Notes under the pieces: model-generated | What the model was told of the DNA's origin: nothing | What the model saw: the letters and a program-made list of their open reading frames with translations, nothing else | Databases searched by the model: none | Origin: Thermoplasmata archaeon | GTDB taxonomy: Archaea; Thermoplasmatota; Thermoplasmata; RBG-16-68-12; JAFNFQ01 | Assembly (NCBI GenBank): GCA_041489255.1 | Contig: JBGPQV010000001.1 | Coordinates: forward strand, 160,001-224,000 | Length of the DNA: 64,000 nucleotides | Direction of reading: 5' to 3' | Shown here: positions 49,451 to 58,701 of the stretch, in pieces | How positions within the stretch are numbered: the stretch's first letter is position 1 | Layout of the letters: each line of letters begins with the position of its first letter | Made by a program: the position numbers and the translations under genes

Positions 49451-51880
49451 ATGGCGACCGTGGAAGCCGCCCCGCCAAAGCCGAAGAAGGAAGAGTCGAG
49501 GGTCGGCGTATACATCTGCCATTGCGGGCTGAACATCGCGGGCAGCGTCGACGTCGTCGAGGTGGCGAAGGTAGCGGCGAAGTTCCCAGGCGTGGTCGTC
49601 TCGAAGGACTACAGGTACATGTGCTCAGACCCCGGGCAGGAGCTGTTGAAGAAGGACATCAAGGAGAACAACCTGAACAGGATCGTCGTCGCATCGTGCA
49701 CTCCCCGCCTCCATGAACCAACTTTCAGAGCGGCCATCCAAGAAGCCGGGCTGAACAAATACCTCTTCGAGATGGCGAACATCAGGGAGCACTGCAGCTG
49801 GGTGCATCTGAGGGACAGGGAGGGTGCCACCGCCAAGGCGATTGACCTGGTGAAGATGGCGGTGAGCAGGGCCGTGCTTCTGGAGACGCAGGTCGAGCAG
49901 AAGGTCCCCGTCATCAGGAGGACGCTGGTGATTGGCGGCGGCGTGGCGGGAATCCAGTCAGCGCTTGATCTGGCGGACGCGGGCTACCAGGTCTACATGG
50001 TCGAGAAGAACCCCTCGATCGGCGGGAGGATGGCCCAGATAGACAAGACCTTCCCCACCATGGACTGCTCAATATGCATCCTCGCGCCAAAGATGAGCGA
50101 GGCGGGCAGGCACCCACTCATAGAGATCATGACGAACAGCGAGGTCAAGAGCGTCATGGGATACGTCGGCAACTTCCAAGTCGAGATTCTCGAGAAGGCG
50201 CGGATGGTCAAGGACACATGCACCGCCTGCGGGGACTGCTCGAAGGTCTGTCCGGTGATCGCCCCGAACGAGTTCGACATGGGACTGGCGGCGAGGAAGG
50301 CAATCTACCAGCCCTTCGCCCAGGCGGTCCCGCCGACCTACATCATCGACAGGAACCTCTGCCTCAACAAAGGGCACGTGATTGCCTGCGAGCGGTGCGT
50401 CGAGGCGTGCCTGGCGAAGAGCATCGACTTCAGCCTGACCGACAAGACGACGAGGCTGGACGTAGGCACGATAGTCGTTGCAACTGGAGCAACCACGTTC
50501 GACCCGACGAAGCTCGCGGAGTTCGGCTACAGGAAATTCCCCAACGTCATCACGACACTCGAGTTCGAGAGGCTCATCAACGCCGGCGGTCCGACAAGGG
50601 GGCACCTCGTCCGCTTCACCGACTTCAAGGAGCCCGAACGCGTGGCCTTCGTCCAGTGCATCGGCTCGCGCAGCGAGAACAGGGGCAACCCCTACTGCTC
50701 CAACATCTGCTGCATGGAGACGATCAAGGACTCGCTGCTCATCAAGGAACACTGGCCCGACGTCGCGATCGACGTATATTACATGGACATCAGGGCATTC
50801 GGCAAGGGATTCGAGGATCTCTACAAGAGGGCGAAGGCGGAGGGCATCAGGTTCATCCGCGGCATCCCCGCGGAGGTCCGAGAGACGAATGGCGGGGATT
50901 TGAAGGTCATCGGTGAGAACACGCTGATGCAGCGCGTCTATGACGAGACGTACGGCATGGTGATTCTCTCCATCGGTCTCGAGCCGCAGGAGGACAGCAA
51001 CGTCATCCAGCGCCTGCTCGTGCTGAACAAGACTGCCGACGGCTTCTTCATGGAATCCCACCCGAAGCTCCTGCCGGTCGACACACCGACGAAGGGCGTG
51101 TTCTTGGCGGGTTGCGCCGAATATCCCAAGGACATCAAGGACAGCGTCACCCAGGCTTGCGCCGCCGCAAGCAGGGCGAACATCCTCATGGCGAGGGGCG
51201 AGATAAGCGTCGAAGCACTGACACCGATCATCGAGCTGGACAAGTGCACCGGCTGCGGCCTGTGCGTGAAGGTCTGCCCCTTCAATGCACTTCAATTCGT
51301 CGGCGAGGGCAAGGGACGCAAGGTTCAGGTCATCGAGGCCGCGTGCGCGGGCTGCGGCACATGCGGCGCGGAGTGCATGTTCGGGGCGATAACCAACAAG
51401 CACTACACCGACGCTCAGATCCTCGCGCAGATCGACGCTGCTCTGGAGGTGGGGGCAGAGAAGAAGGTCATGGCGTTCTGCTGTAACTGGTGCTCCTACG
51501 CGGGCGCTGATTTCGCAGGCGTGTCGAGGATGCAGTACGCCCCGGACGTGAGGATCGTCCGGACGATGTGCTCGGGCAGGATCGCCCCGAAGTTCATCCG
51601 CAGGGCTTTCGCCAAGGGCGCGGCGGTCGTCCTCGTGAGCGGCTGCCACCTGGGAGACTGTCACTACATCAACGCGAACCACCAGACCAAGAAGCGCGTC
51701 GAGAAGATGTGGGCGGAGCTGGACAGGAAGGGCGTGAGGAAGGAACGACTGCAGCTAGACTGGTTCACCGCCGCCGAAGGGCAGAAGTTCGCGGACAGGA
51801 TCAACGAGATATGCGGGATTGCGACGACAGTGACCGCGGAGGAAATCCAGAAGGCAGTCGCGGCTTACAAGGAGAACTAA
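49451..51880 (+). CDS. hdrA: Heterodisulfide reductase subunit A fused to MvhD
   Basis: GVYICHCG.NI, GGGVAG, KTFPTMDCSIC, CIGSR...CSNICC, ferredoxin motifs; C-terminal CCNWCSYAGAD...MCSGR...GCHLGDCHY (MvhD). Confidence 0.93.
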   Translation: MATVEAAPPKPKKEESRVGVYICHCGLNIAGSVDVVEVAKVAAKFPGVVVSKDYRYMCSDPGQELLKKDIKENNLNRIVVASCTPRLHEPTFRAAIQEAGLNKYLFEMANIREHCSWVHLRDREGATAKAIDLVKMAVSRAVLLETQVEQKVPVIRRTLVIGGGVAGIQSALDLADAGYQVYMVEKNPSIGGRMAQIDKTFPTMDCSICILAPKMSEAGRHPLIEIMTNSEVKSVMGYVGNFQVEILEKARMVKDTCTACGDCSKVCPVIAPNEFDMGLAARKAIYQPFAQAVPPTYIIDRNLCLNKGHVIACERCVEACLAKSIDFSLTDKTTRLDVGTIVVATGATTFDPTKLAEFGYRKFPNVITTLEFERLINAGGPTRGHLVRFTDFKEPERVAFVQCIGSRSENRGNPYCSNICCMETIKDSLLIKEHWPDVAIDVYYMDIRAFGKGFEDLYKRAKAEGIRFIRGIPAEVRETNGGDLKVIGENTLMQRVYDETYGMVILSIGLEPQEDSNVIQRLLVLNKTADGFFMESHPKLLPVDTPTKGVFLAGCAEYPKDIKDSVTQACAAASRANILMARGEISVEALTPIIELDKCTGCGLCVKVCPFNALQFVGEGKGRKVQVIEAACAGCGTCGAECMFGAITNKHYTDAQILAQIDAALEVGAEKKVMAFCCNWCSYAGADFAGVSRMQYAPDVRIVRTMCSGRIAPKFIRRAFAKGAAVVLVSGCHLGDCHYINANHQTKKRVEKMWAELDRKGVRKERLQLDWFTAAEGQKFADRINEICGIATTVTAEEIQKAVAAYKEN

Positions 51881-51919
51881 CCGACGCGGTTTCATTGCGC
51901 CAATCCGCTCGGAGTCAAA

Positions 51920-52105
51920 TCATGCCGCAGGGTAATGGTCGTCCTCGATGTTCGCTCTGATTATAGAGTGCTTGAACTGGTCCGCCTCCGAGTTCGTCAC
52001 GAAGTACTCCAGGAACCTCGTGTTGCTCATGCAGACGGGGCACGAGCGGAGCAGCAGGTCTTCCTCCAGGAAGATGTGGGCGCAGTATCTGCAGACAAGC
52101 ACCAT
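51920..52105 (-). CDS. Small rubredoxin-like/zinc-ribbon protein
   Basis: CRYC...CPVC. Confidence 0.55.
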   Translation of the reverse strand: MVLVCRYCAHIFLEEDLLLRSCPVCMSNTRFLEYFVTNSEADQFKHSIIRANIEDDHYPAA

Positions 52106-52219
52106 CGCACCGCTTGCGGGCGGTAGCTCCTCATGGTCAATTAAATGTGCCTAATGATAGTATGTATCACGTCTCATCTTGTCGCGTCAAGATTGAACAT
52201 ACCAGGTGCGTGAAGGCCG

Positions 52220-53704
52220 TTACGCGAGGTTCACGTTGATGAGTTTGACTTCGGTCATTTCCTGGACCGCGTACCTAACACCTTCCCGACCTAAGCCACT
52301 CATCTTCATGCCGCCGAAGGGCATGTTGTCGAACCTCAGCGTCGTCGGGTCGTTTATCATGACGCCGCCTGCACGAATCTCCCTCGCGATCCTCAGGCCA
52401 CGACCAATGTCTTTGGTGAAAATGCTGGATTGCAGGCCGTACACGGTGGAGTTCGCCGCCTCGATTGCCTCCCTCTCGTCCGCGACCGACTGCACAGGTC
52501 CTAGCGGTCCGAAAGGCTCCTCCTTCATCAGCTTCATGTGGCCAGTGACATCGCTCAGAACTGTCGGTGCGTAGAAATAGCCAGATTTGTGCGCGACGTC
52601 GACAATCCTCTTCCCGCCAATTGCGACCTTCGCACCTTCATCGACAGCTTCGAGGACCAGCGCGTGGATCCTGTTGAGCGAGCCTTCGTTGATGACTGGC
52701 CCCACATCAGTCTCCTCGCGCAAGGGGTCGCCCACCTTGAGCTTCTTGACCCTGTCGATCAGGAGGCGCGTGAATTTCCTCGAAACGCTTTCGATGATGA
52801 TCAGTCTCTTGCTTGCTGTGCACACCTGCCCGGAAAGTCCAAAGCATGCGCGGCTTGCCGCATCGGCCGCCCTGGAGAGATCCGCGTCGTCAAGGATGAT
52901 CATGGGATCCATCCCGCCCATCTCGAGGACGACTTTCTTGTTCCTCTTCGCCGCCAGCTGGTAGATGCCCAATCCCGTGGCGGTCGACCCGGTGAACGTC
53001 ACGAGGTCGGTGCCCGGGTTCTCCACAAGCTCTGTCCCCACAGTCGGGCCTGGGCCGGTCACGATGTTCACCGCGCCCGGCGGGCAGCCCGCTTCCATCA
53101 GGAGATGCCCGAACCTCAGAGCCACAATCGGGGTCTCGCTCGTGGGCTTCGCGATCACAGCATTCCCCGCCGCCAAGGCCGGAGCGACCTTGTGACAGAG
53201 CAGGTTCAACGGGAAGTTGAACGGGGATATCCCGACGACCACTCCGACCGGCTCCCTGACGGAGAAGCTGAGGCGTCTCTCGTTTCCTGGCGGGAGAGGA
53301 TAGGCGTCGGTCTGGAAGACCTCTCCAAAGATGCGCTTCGCCTCCTCCGCTGCCGACGTGAACGTGACGACCGCCCTCCTGACCTCCACACGAGAATCGC
53401 GAATCGGCTTGCCCGCCTCAATGCAGATTGTGCGGGCCAGACCCTCCATGTTCTCCTCGATGAGCTGGGCCGTCTTGAGCAGGAATCTGTACCGGTCGTA
53501 TGCCGCCATCTTGGCGATCTTGTTCTTTGCGGTGACCGCGGCATCGATGGCAGCCCGCGCATCCTCCTTCCCGCCAAGAGGGACTTCGGCAACGACTGAG
53601 CCATCAGCCGGGTTTCTCACTTCTATCATCCTGCCGCTGGCGGCCTGGACCCATTTCCCGCCGATCAACATTCCGAGCCGTTCCGTCCCGGTGTCGTGCT
53701 TCAT
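52220..53704 (-). CDS. NAD(P)-dependent aldehyde dehydrogenase
   Basis: PFNFP, FTGST, LEMGG, GQVC, EEPFGP, PFGGMKMSG. Confidence 0.95.
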   Translation of the reverse strand: MKHDTGTERLGMLIGGKWVQAASGRMIEVRNPADGSVVAEVPLGGKEDARAAIDAAVTAKNKIAKMAAYDRYRFLLKTAQLIEENMEGLARTICIEAGKPIRDSRVEVRRAVVTFTSAAEEAKRIFGEVFQTDAYPLPPGNERRLSFSVREPVGVVVGISPFNFPLNLLCHKVAPALAAGNAVIAKPTSETPIVALRFGHLLMEAGCPPGAVNIVTGPGPTVGTELVENPGTDLVTFTGSTATGLGIYQLAAKRNKKVVLEMGGMDPMIILDDADLSRAADAASRACFGLSGQVCTASKRLIIIESVSRKFTRLLIDRVKKLKVGDPLREETDVGPVINEGSLNRIHALVLEAVDEGAKVAIGGKRIVDVAHKSGYFYAPTVLSDVTGHMKLMKEEPFGPLGPVQSVADEREAIEAANSTVYGLQSSIFTKDIGRGLRIAREIRAGGVMINDPTTLRFDNMPFGGMKMSGLGREGVRYAVQEMTEVKLINVNLA

Positions 53705-53820
53705 CCGGTCACCGTCCCTGCGAACTGGAGGCGGGCAATAAAACGTTGCATGCGGAATCGGATGCGCTCGCCAGGCGGCAAGCTACATAAGCAAAGGGAA
53801 CTTCGTGGTCGCCGGAGACC

Positions 53821-55038
53821 TTGGCAGGCGAAGCTGTTGTCTCGACTGGCACCGCCACGAGCCGCAGGCGTGCGAGGATCAGTCTGTTCTTTCTCTACAC
53901 CGCAACGCTGGTAATGCGCGCGGCAGCCTTCATGACGATAGCGGTCGTCACTAGCGCGAAATACCAGGAGTCCATCAGCTACCTGACTGCGGGCATCCTC
54001 GTCTCTTTCTATCCAATTGCCGAGCTCATCACGGTGATGTACTTCGGCGTCTTGTGCGACAAGGTCGGCCGGAAACCGATTCTGATCTTCGCACATGCGA
54101 TTACGGCCGTGGCAACGTTCAGCTTCTCGACAACTAACTTCATCTATCCCCTGTTCGTCTTCACAGCCCTCTACGGAATCGGGGCCGCGGCAAAGACATC
54201 CTCCACGCTCACGATGATCGCCGATCTGGCGACTCCGCGCAACCGAGCGCGGCTGATGGCCCTGTTCGACATAGTCACGTTCCTCGGGCTGGCTGGCGGC
54301 TACATGCTGGGCTTCCTCCTCCTGAATTTCTACCATGTCCCGCCGGTGACTCTCTTCTATCTCCAGACAGCCGCTATCCTCATCTCGGTGGTCATGGTTT
54401 GGCTGTTTGTCGATGAGACGCGGGAGAAATCCGGCTTAGCGGTGAGGGGCTGGGATGCACTCAAATCGGTCGTCGCGCGAAAGGAGCTGCGCGATCTCTT
54501 GCCCGTTTACATACCCGTTATCGCCATCTACGGAATGGTCATCTCTTTCCTGGAAAAGATAGTGGAGGAAGCCGACATCATAGGCGACCCGAACCTGATG
54601 ATCATCCTCGTGGTCTTGGGCCTATCGCTCGTGGCCTCCATGGTGGTGAACGCGTGGCTCTCCGACAGGATGAGGAAGCGCCGACCGTTCATGCTGTTCG
54701 GGCTCTTCTTCTTCGGAGTGCTTGCTGTGCTTCTCGTGCAGAACCTGGACAACCTCTCAGGTCTCGTGGCGATCTGGCCGGTGGTCGTTCTGGTGAGTCT
54801 CGGGGCCGGCGCATTCCCTCCCGCAGTCCTCGCCTATCTCGCTGACATCACGAAGAAGGAGACCTCTGGCACTGCTTTCGGAATATACAGCCTAGTGCTG
54901 GGTTTCGGGTTCGCCTTCGGCCCGCCAATGGGCGGTGTGGTCCTCGAGACATTCGGCCTGCCAGGATTCCTGGTGCTCATCGGAGCATTCCTGGCCGTGG
55001 CTGGCGTGGGTGCATTCAGGCTGAAAGAACAGAATTGA
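53821..55038 (+). CDS. MFS transporter
   Basis: About 12 TMs; GVLCDKVGRK motif A. Confidence 0.9.
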   Translation: MAGEAVVSTGTATSRRRARISLFFLYTATLVMRAAAFMTIAVVTSAKYQESISYLTAGILVSFYPIAELITVMYFGVLCDKVGRKPILIFAHAITAVATFSFSTTNFIYPLFVFTALYGIGAAAKTSSTLTMIADLATPRNRARLMALFDIVTFLGLAGGYMLGFLLLNFYHVPPVTLFYLQTAAILISVVMVWLFVDETREKSGLAVRGWDALKSVVARKELRDLLPVYIPVIAIYGMVISFLEKIVEEADIIGDPNLMIILVVLGLSLVASMVVNAWLSDRMRKRRPFMLFGLFFFGVLAVLLVQNLDNLSGLVAIWPVVVLVSLGAGAFPPAVLAYLADITKKETSGTAFGIYSLVLGFGFAFGPPMGGVVLETFGLPGFLVLIGAFLAVAGVGAFRLKEQN

Positions 55039-55085
55039 AACGAGAAAAACGACCCGGTAAATCCACCCTCATGACGCGAATCGTA

Positions 55086-55158
55086 TGAGTCGATTGGGGG
55101 CAATCCGACTCAAAATTATGGGGTCCGCCGAGATCTCCTGGGGGGAGGGCTCGGCGGA
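55086..55158. terminator. Two stem-loops between convergent genes
   Basis: TGAGTCG-ATTG/CAAT-C-CGACTCA and TCCGCCGAG...CTCGGCGGA. Confidence 0.5.
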
Positions 55159-55189
55159 TTGTATGTGTTTCCCTGAAAGTGAGAGGGTT

Positions 55190-55378
55190 CTAGGCCTTCT
55201 TCAGGTAGGGCAGGCCTGTGCGCTTGTTGACGCCGACCTTGTAGCCCTTCGGCATTTCGTCCATCATCCTGCCGCTCTTCGGTTTCCTCTTACTGAAGAA
55301 GTATATGTTGACCTTCGGTCCCCTCTTCAGTTTCACTTCTCGGGTATACAGAGTCCAACCTTGGTAGGTGTAGGGCAT
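55190..55378 (-). CDS. Small basic hypothetical protein
   Basis: 62 aa, K/R-rich, IYFFSK and RTGLPYLKK; GGAG upstream. Confidence 0.85.
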   Translation of the reverse strand: MPYTYQGWTLYTREVKLKRGPKVNIYFFSKRKPKSGRMMDEMPKGYKVGVNKRTGLPYLKKA

Positions 55379-55594
55379 AGTATCTCCGACTACCTGTATC
55401 GCTATCCTAAAGATATGGGTTTCGGTCTCTCAGGGAGAAAATCGGGCTTTTTTCCATGAAATGTCCCGATTTTTACCATCCGACCGCGGTTTCGGCTGCT
55501 TTTCTCTCCATGAATATCCCTCGTTTTTCTGATTATTCTCCATGGACTGCTGTTTCGGCAAGATCGGGCATCCGCCGGACGACGAGGGAGACAG

Positions 55595-55679
55595 TGCGGC
55601 GGCCAGGATTTGAACCTGGGGACCCCTTCGAGACGAGACCCTGAATCTCGCGCCGTTGGCCATGCTTGGCTACCGCCGC
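55595..55679 (-). tRNA. tRNA-Leu(CAG)
   Basis: GCGGCGG...CCGCCGC-A acceptor, CGAGA-TTCAGGG-TCTCG anticodon arm, long variable arm, GGTTCAAATCC. Confidence 0.95.
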
Positions 55680-55793
55680 GCGGATGCCGACCTGTAGGTG
55701 TCGTGCCTATAAATCTCTTGTTTCCACTGGACTGCCATATGAATATAGCCACTAATATATAAAAACTAAAAAAGGAAGGGTGAGAAAGGGTTC

Positions 55794-56012
55794 TCACTTC
55801 TTCATTATCTTCATCCAGCCGCCGGACTCGTGGACCTGGAGTTTCCTTCTGTTGAGTACGTCCTTGAAGGTGTCCCAGTCGATGACTTCCAAGCGGGTGT
55901 TTCTTCCCTTCGTGAACTGTATTCCGTTGGTCCCTTTCACGCGTCCAGGCTTGAGGCCCTTTCTCTTCGCTATCTCCAGCGCCTTGTCGAACGATATGGG
56001 CTCCATTACCAT
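55794..56012 (-). CDS. Small basic hypothetical protein
   Basis: 72 aa; SD AGGAGG; followed by a T-rich terminator-like tract. Confidence 0.8.
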   Translation of the reverse strand: MVMEPISFDKALEIAKRKGLKPGRVKGTNGIQFTKGRNTRLEVIDWDTFKDVLNRRKLQVHESGGWMKIMKK

Positions 56013-56163
56013 TTTCGTTCCCTCCTAGGGGGATCCTTGGCCAGCGAGCCAGTATCGTGGCCAGACCCGCATGCAGATGGATTGTATTTAAAAGCTTCCC
56101 CGGAGCCAGACATCTGCGAGGATTAGCCCGCAAAGATTTTTCCCGCGACCACGTTTAAGGTGC

Positions 56164-57468
56164 GTGGTCTCGTTCGGCTCTTCGGGAATTCGCGGAGTGT
56201 TCGGCACAGACATCACACCCGAGCTATTCGTCGAGATTGGCAGTGTCGTCGCGTCCAGATATGGAAGGATCTTGCTCGGCAGGGATGTCAGGACATCAAG
56301 CCTCTTACTCTCGAACGCGTTCGGCAGCGGAGCGCTTTCATCGGGAGGGATTGTGGACGACGGCGGAGTGCTCAGCACGCCGACGGTCGCTTTCGGCGCG
56401 AGGCGTTATGATTGCGGCGCCGTCATCACGGCGTCTCACAACCCGCCAGAGTACAACGGGATCAAGCTGTGGAACACATCTGGAATCGCTTTCGATGAGC
56501 AGCAGCAGAAGGAGATCGAGGAGGCCCTTGCCAGCCATTCCTTCGAGAGGAGATCATGGAATCGACTCGGAGAGCTGGGCAGGTGCCGCGATTTATCCTT
56601 GGATCACGCGGACGCCATTGCGGACTCTGTCGGCACTGTCAATCTCAAGGTGGTTGTGGATTGCGGGTGCGGATCGGCGAGCGCCATTACACCATTTGTT
56701 CTGAGGAAGATGGGCTGCAAAGTGGTCGCACTCAATGCGCAGTTCGACGGGCGCTTCCCCGGGAGGTCTCCAGAGCCAACTGAGCAGAACTTGGACGTTC
56801 TCCGCAAAGCGGTGCCCGCGACAGGTGCCGATCTCGGGCTGGCTCACGATGGTGACGGCGATAGAGTCGTGGCGGTGGATGAGAAAGGGGCTTACGTTGG
56901 AGGGGACAGACTCCTCCCTCTGCTCGCAACTAAGTTCGTGAAGAAGGCGGTCGTCGTTCCAGTCGACGCTTCCATGGCGGTGGATGATGCGCTGCCCGGA
57001 GCGAAGATTTGGAGAACACGGGTCGGTGACGTCTATGTCGCCCAGGAGGTCCAGCGCAGGAAGGCTGACTTTGGCGGCGAGCCGTCCGGCACTTTCATTT
57101 TCCCGACATGGGGTCTTTTCCCCGACGGGATTTACGGGGCGGCGCTCATCGCTTCCTTGGTGGCGAAAGAGAAGCTCTCAGAGCAGGTTGCTCGCCTGCC
57201 TTCCTACCCTTCGATGCGCACCTCATTCCAGTTTGAATCTTCCAGACGGGCAGACGTTTCGCGCATGCTCGAGCAGACGATGTCTTCCATTGAAGGCGAG
57301 CTCACGAAGGTGGATGGTTGGCGTGTCGGCTTGGAGGATGGGTGGTGTCTCGTGCGCATATCAGGAACGGAGCCCAAGGTCCGGCTCCAGGTCGAGGCGC
57401 GCACGGAATCGAGAACAAAGGAGATATACGAATCGCTGGTTTCCAAGGTCAAGGCTGTGCTGAGATGA
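56164..57468 (+). CDS. glmM: Phosphoglucosamine mutase / phosphohexomutase
   Basis: FGSSGIRG, TASHNP, DGDGDR, GGEPSG, RISGTEP. Confidence 0.9.
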   Translation: MVSFGSSGIRGVFGTDITPELFVEIGSVVASRYGRILLGRDVRTSSLLLSNAFGSGALSSGGIVDDGGVLSTPTVAFGARRYDCGAVITASHNPPEYNGIKLWNTSGIAFDEQQQKEIEEALASHSFERRSWNRLGELGRCRDLSLDHADAIADSVGTVNLKVVVDCGCGSASAITPFVLRKMGCKVVALNAQFDGRFPGRSPEPTEQNLDVLRKAVPATGADLGLAHDGDGDRVVAVDEKGAYVGGDRLLPLLATKFVKKAVVVPVDASMAVDDALPGAKIWRTRVGDVYVAQEVQRRKADFGGEPSGTFIFPTWGLFPDGIYGAALIASLVAKEKLSEQVARLPSYPSMRTSFQFESSRRADVSRMLEQTMSSIEGELTKVDGWRVGLEDGWCLVRISGTEPKVRLQVEARTESRTKEIYESLVSKVKAVLR

Positions 57469-58691
57469 AAGCGTTCATCCTCGCGGCGGGAGAGGGCACG
57501 AGGATGCGCCCGCTCACCGCGAACATCCCGAAGCCGCTGCTGCCGGTGGCGAACAAGCCGTTCCTCATACACACCCTGGACGCGCTGTCCGCTGCAGGGG
57601 TCAAGGAAGCGACCATACTCGTGGGCTGGAAGGGACACCGCATCCGCGACTTCCTCGCGCATCAGCCGGACCTAGGCGTGGCGGTTGACTTCGAGGAACA
57701 GGAGAAAAGGCTGGGGACGGCACATGCCATCGGACTCGCCAGGAATCACTTTGACGGTTCCTTCCTCAGCATAAACGGAGACGTCGTGGTCAGAGGCAAG
57801 TCGATCGCGGGCCTCCTGGAGTTCCACAAGCGCGTTGGCGGGACTGTGATGGCGATTGCGAAGGTCGGAGACCCTTCGCGCTTCGGCGTCGTGGAGATGA
57901 AGGACGACAAGGTCGTCGGTCTCGAGGAGAAACCATCTAAGCCCAAGTCCAACCTCATAAATGCGGGCATCTACGTCTTCAACCCAGACATATTCGACCT
58001 CATCGCGAAGACGCCGGCATCGGTCCGCGGCGAGTACGAGATCACGGACGCGCTCCAGATGCTCATAGAGAAGGGGGCTGTCTTCGGTCACAGGCTCGAG
58101 GAGGAATGGATAGACGTCGGGAGCTCGTGGGACCTGCTCAAGGCGAACGAGATACTCCTCATGGGACTGAAAACGAAGGTGGAGGGCGAGGTCGACGAGC
58201 ACGCGACCCTCATCGGCTCCGTGCAGCTAGGCCCGGGCACCAAGATACTCAGGGGCGCGTACATCCAGGGGCCCGTGATCATCGGCAAGGACTGCGAGAT
58301 AGGGCCGAATTGCAGGATACGCCCGAGCACCTACATCGGCGACAAGTGCAAGATAGGGAACGGGTCGGAGGTCAAGAACAGCATCTTCATGGAGGGAAGC
58401 AGGGCGCCTCACATCAACTACGTCGGGGACAGCATCCTGGGCGAGCGCGTCAACCTCGGCGCGGGGACGAAAATCGCCAACCTGAGGCTCGACGGGCGGC
58501 CGGTGTCTGTCACGCTCAAGGGCAAGACCGTCGACACGGGGCTCAGGAAGCTCGGGGCGATTATCGGCGATGATGTGAGAATAGGCATCAACGCGTCGAT
58601 CGACGCGGGAACGATAGTCGGAGAAGAGACGTTCATCGGCATGGGGGCGGTCGTGAGGGGCACTATAGCGCCCAGGAGCCGCATCCATTGA
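57465..58691 (+). CDS. glmU: Bifunctional sugar-1-phosphate nucleotidyltransferase/acetyltransferase
   Basis: LAAGEGTRMRPLT...PKPL, hexapeptide repeats, YVGDS, NLGAGT. Confidence 0.9.
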   Translation: MKAFILAAGEGTRMRPLTANIPKPLLPVANKPFLIHTLDALSAAGVKEATILVGWKGHRIRDFLAHQPDLGVAVDFEEQEKRLGTAHAIGLARNHFDGSFLSINGDVVVRGKSIAGLLEFHKRVGGTVMAIAKVGDPSRFGVVEMKDDKVVGLEEKPSKPKSNLINAGIYVFNPDIFDLIAKTPASVRGEYEITDALQMLIEKGAVFGHRLEEEWIDVGSSWDLLKANEILLMGLKTKVEGEVDEHATLIGSVQLGPGTKILRGAYIQGPVIIGKDCEIGPNCRIRPSTYIGDKCKIGNGSEVKNSIFMEGSRAPHINYVGDSILGERVNLGAGTKIANLRLDGRPVSVTLKGKTVDTGLRKLGAIIGDDVRIGINASIDAGTIVGEETFIGMGAVVRGTIAPRSRIH

Positions 58692-58701
58692 GGGCATCCG
58701 G

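Noticed and set aside
50069-51682. Long antisense ORF (537 aa) over hdrA, and similar ones at 10733-12019 and 52538-53599
   Set aside because: Shadow ORFs from GC-rich codon bias opposite well-supported genes; no motifs.
49451-51880. Selenocysteine recoding in HdrA/MvhD
   Set aside because: No in-frame TGA; the relevant positions are Cys (TMDCSIC, CCNWCS, GDCHY).
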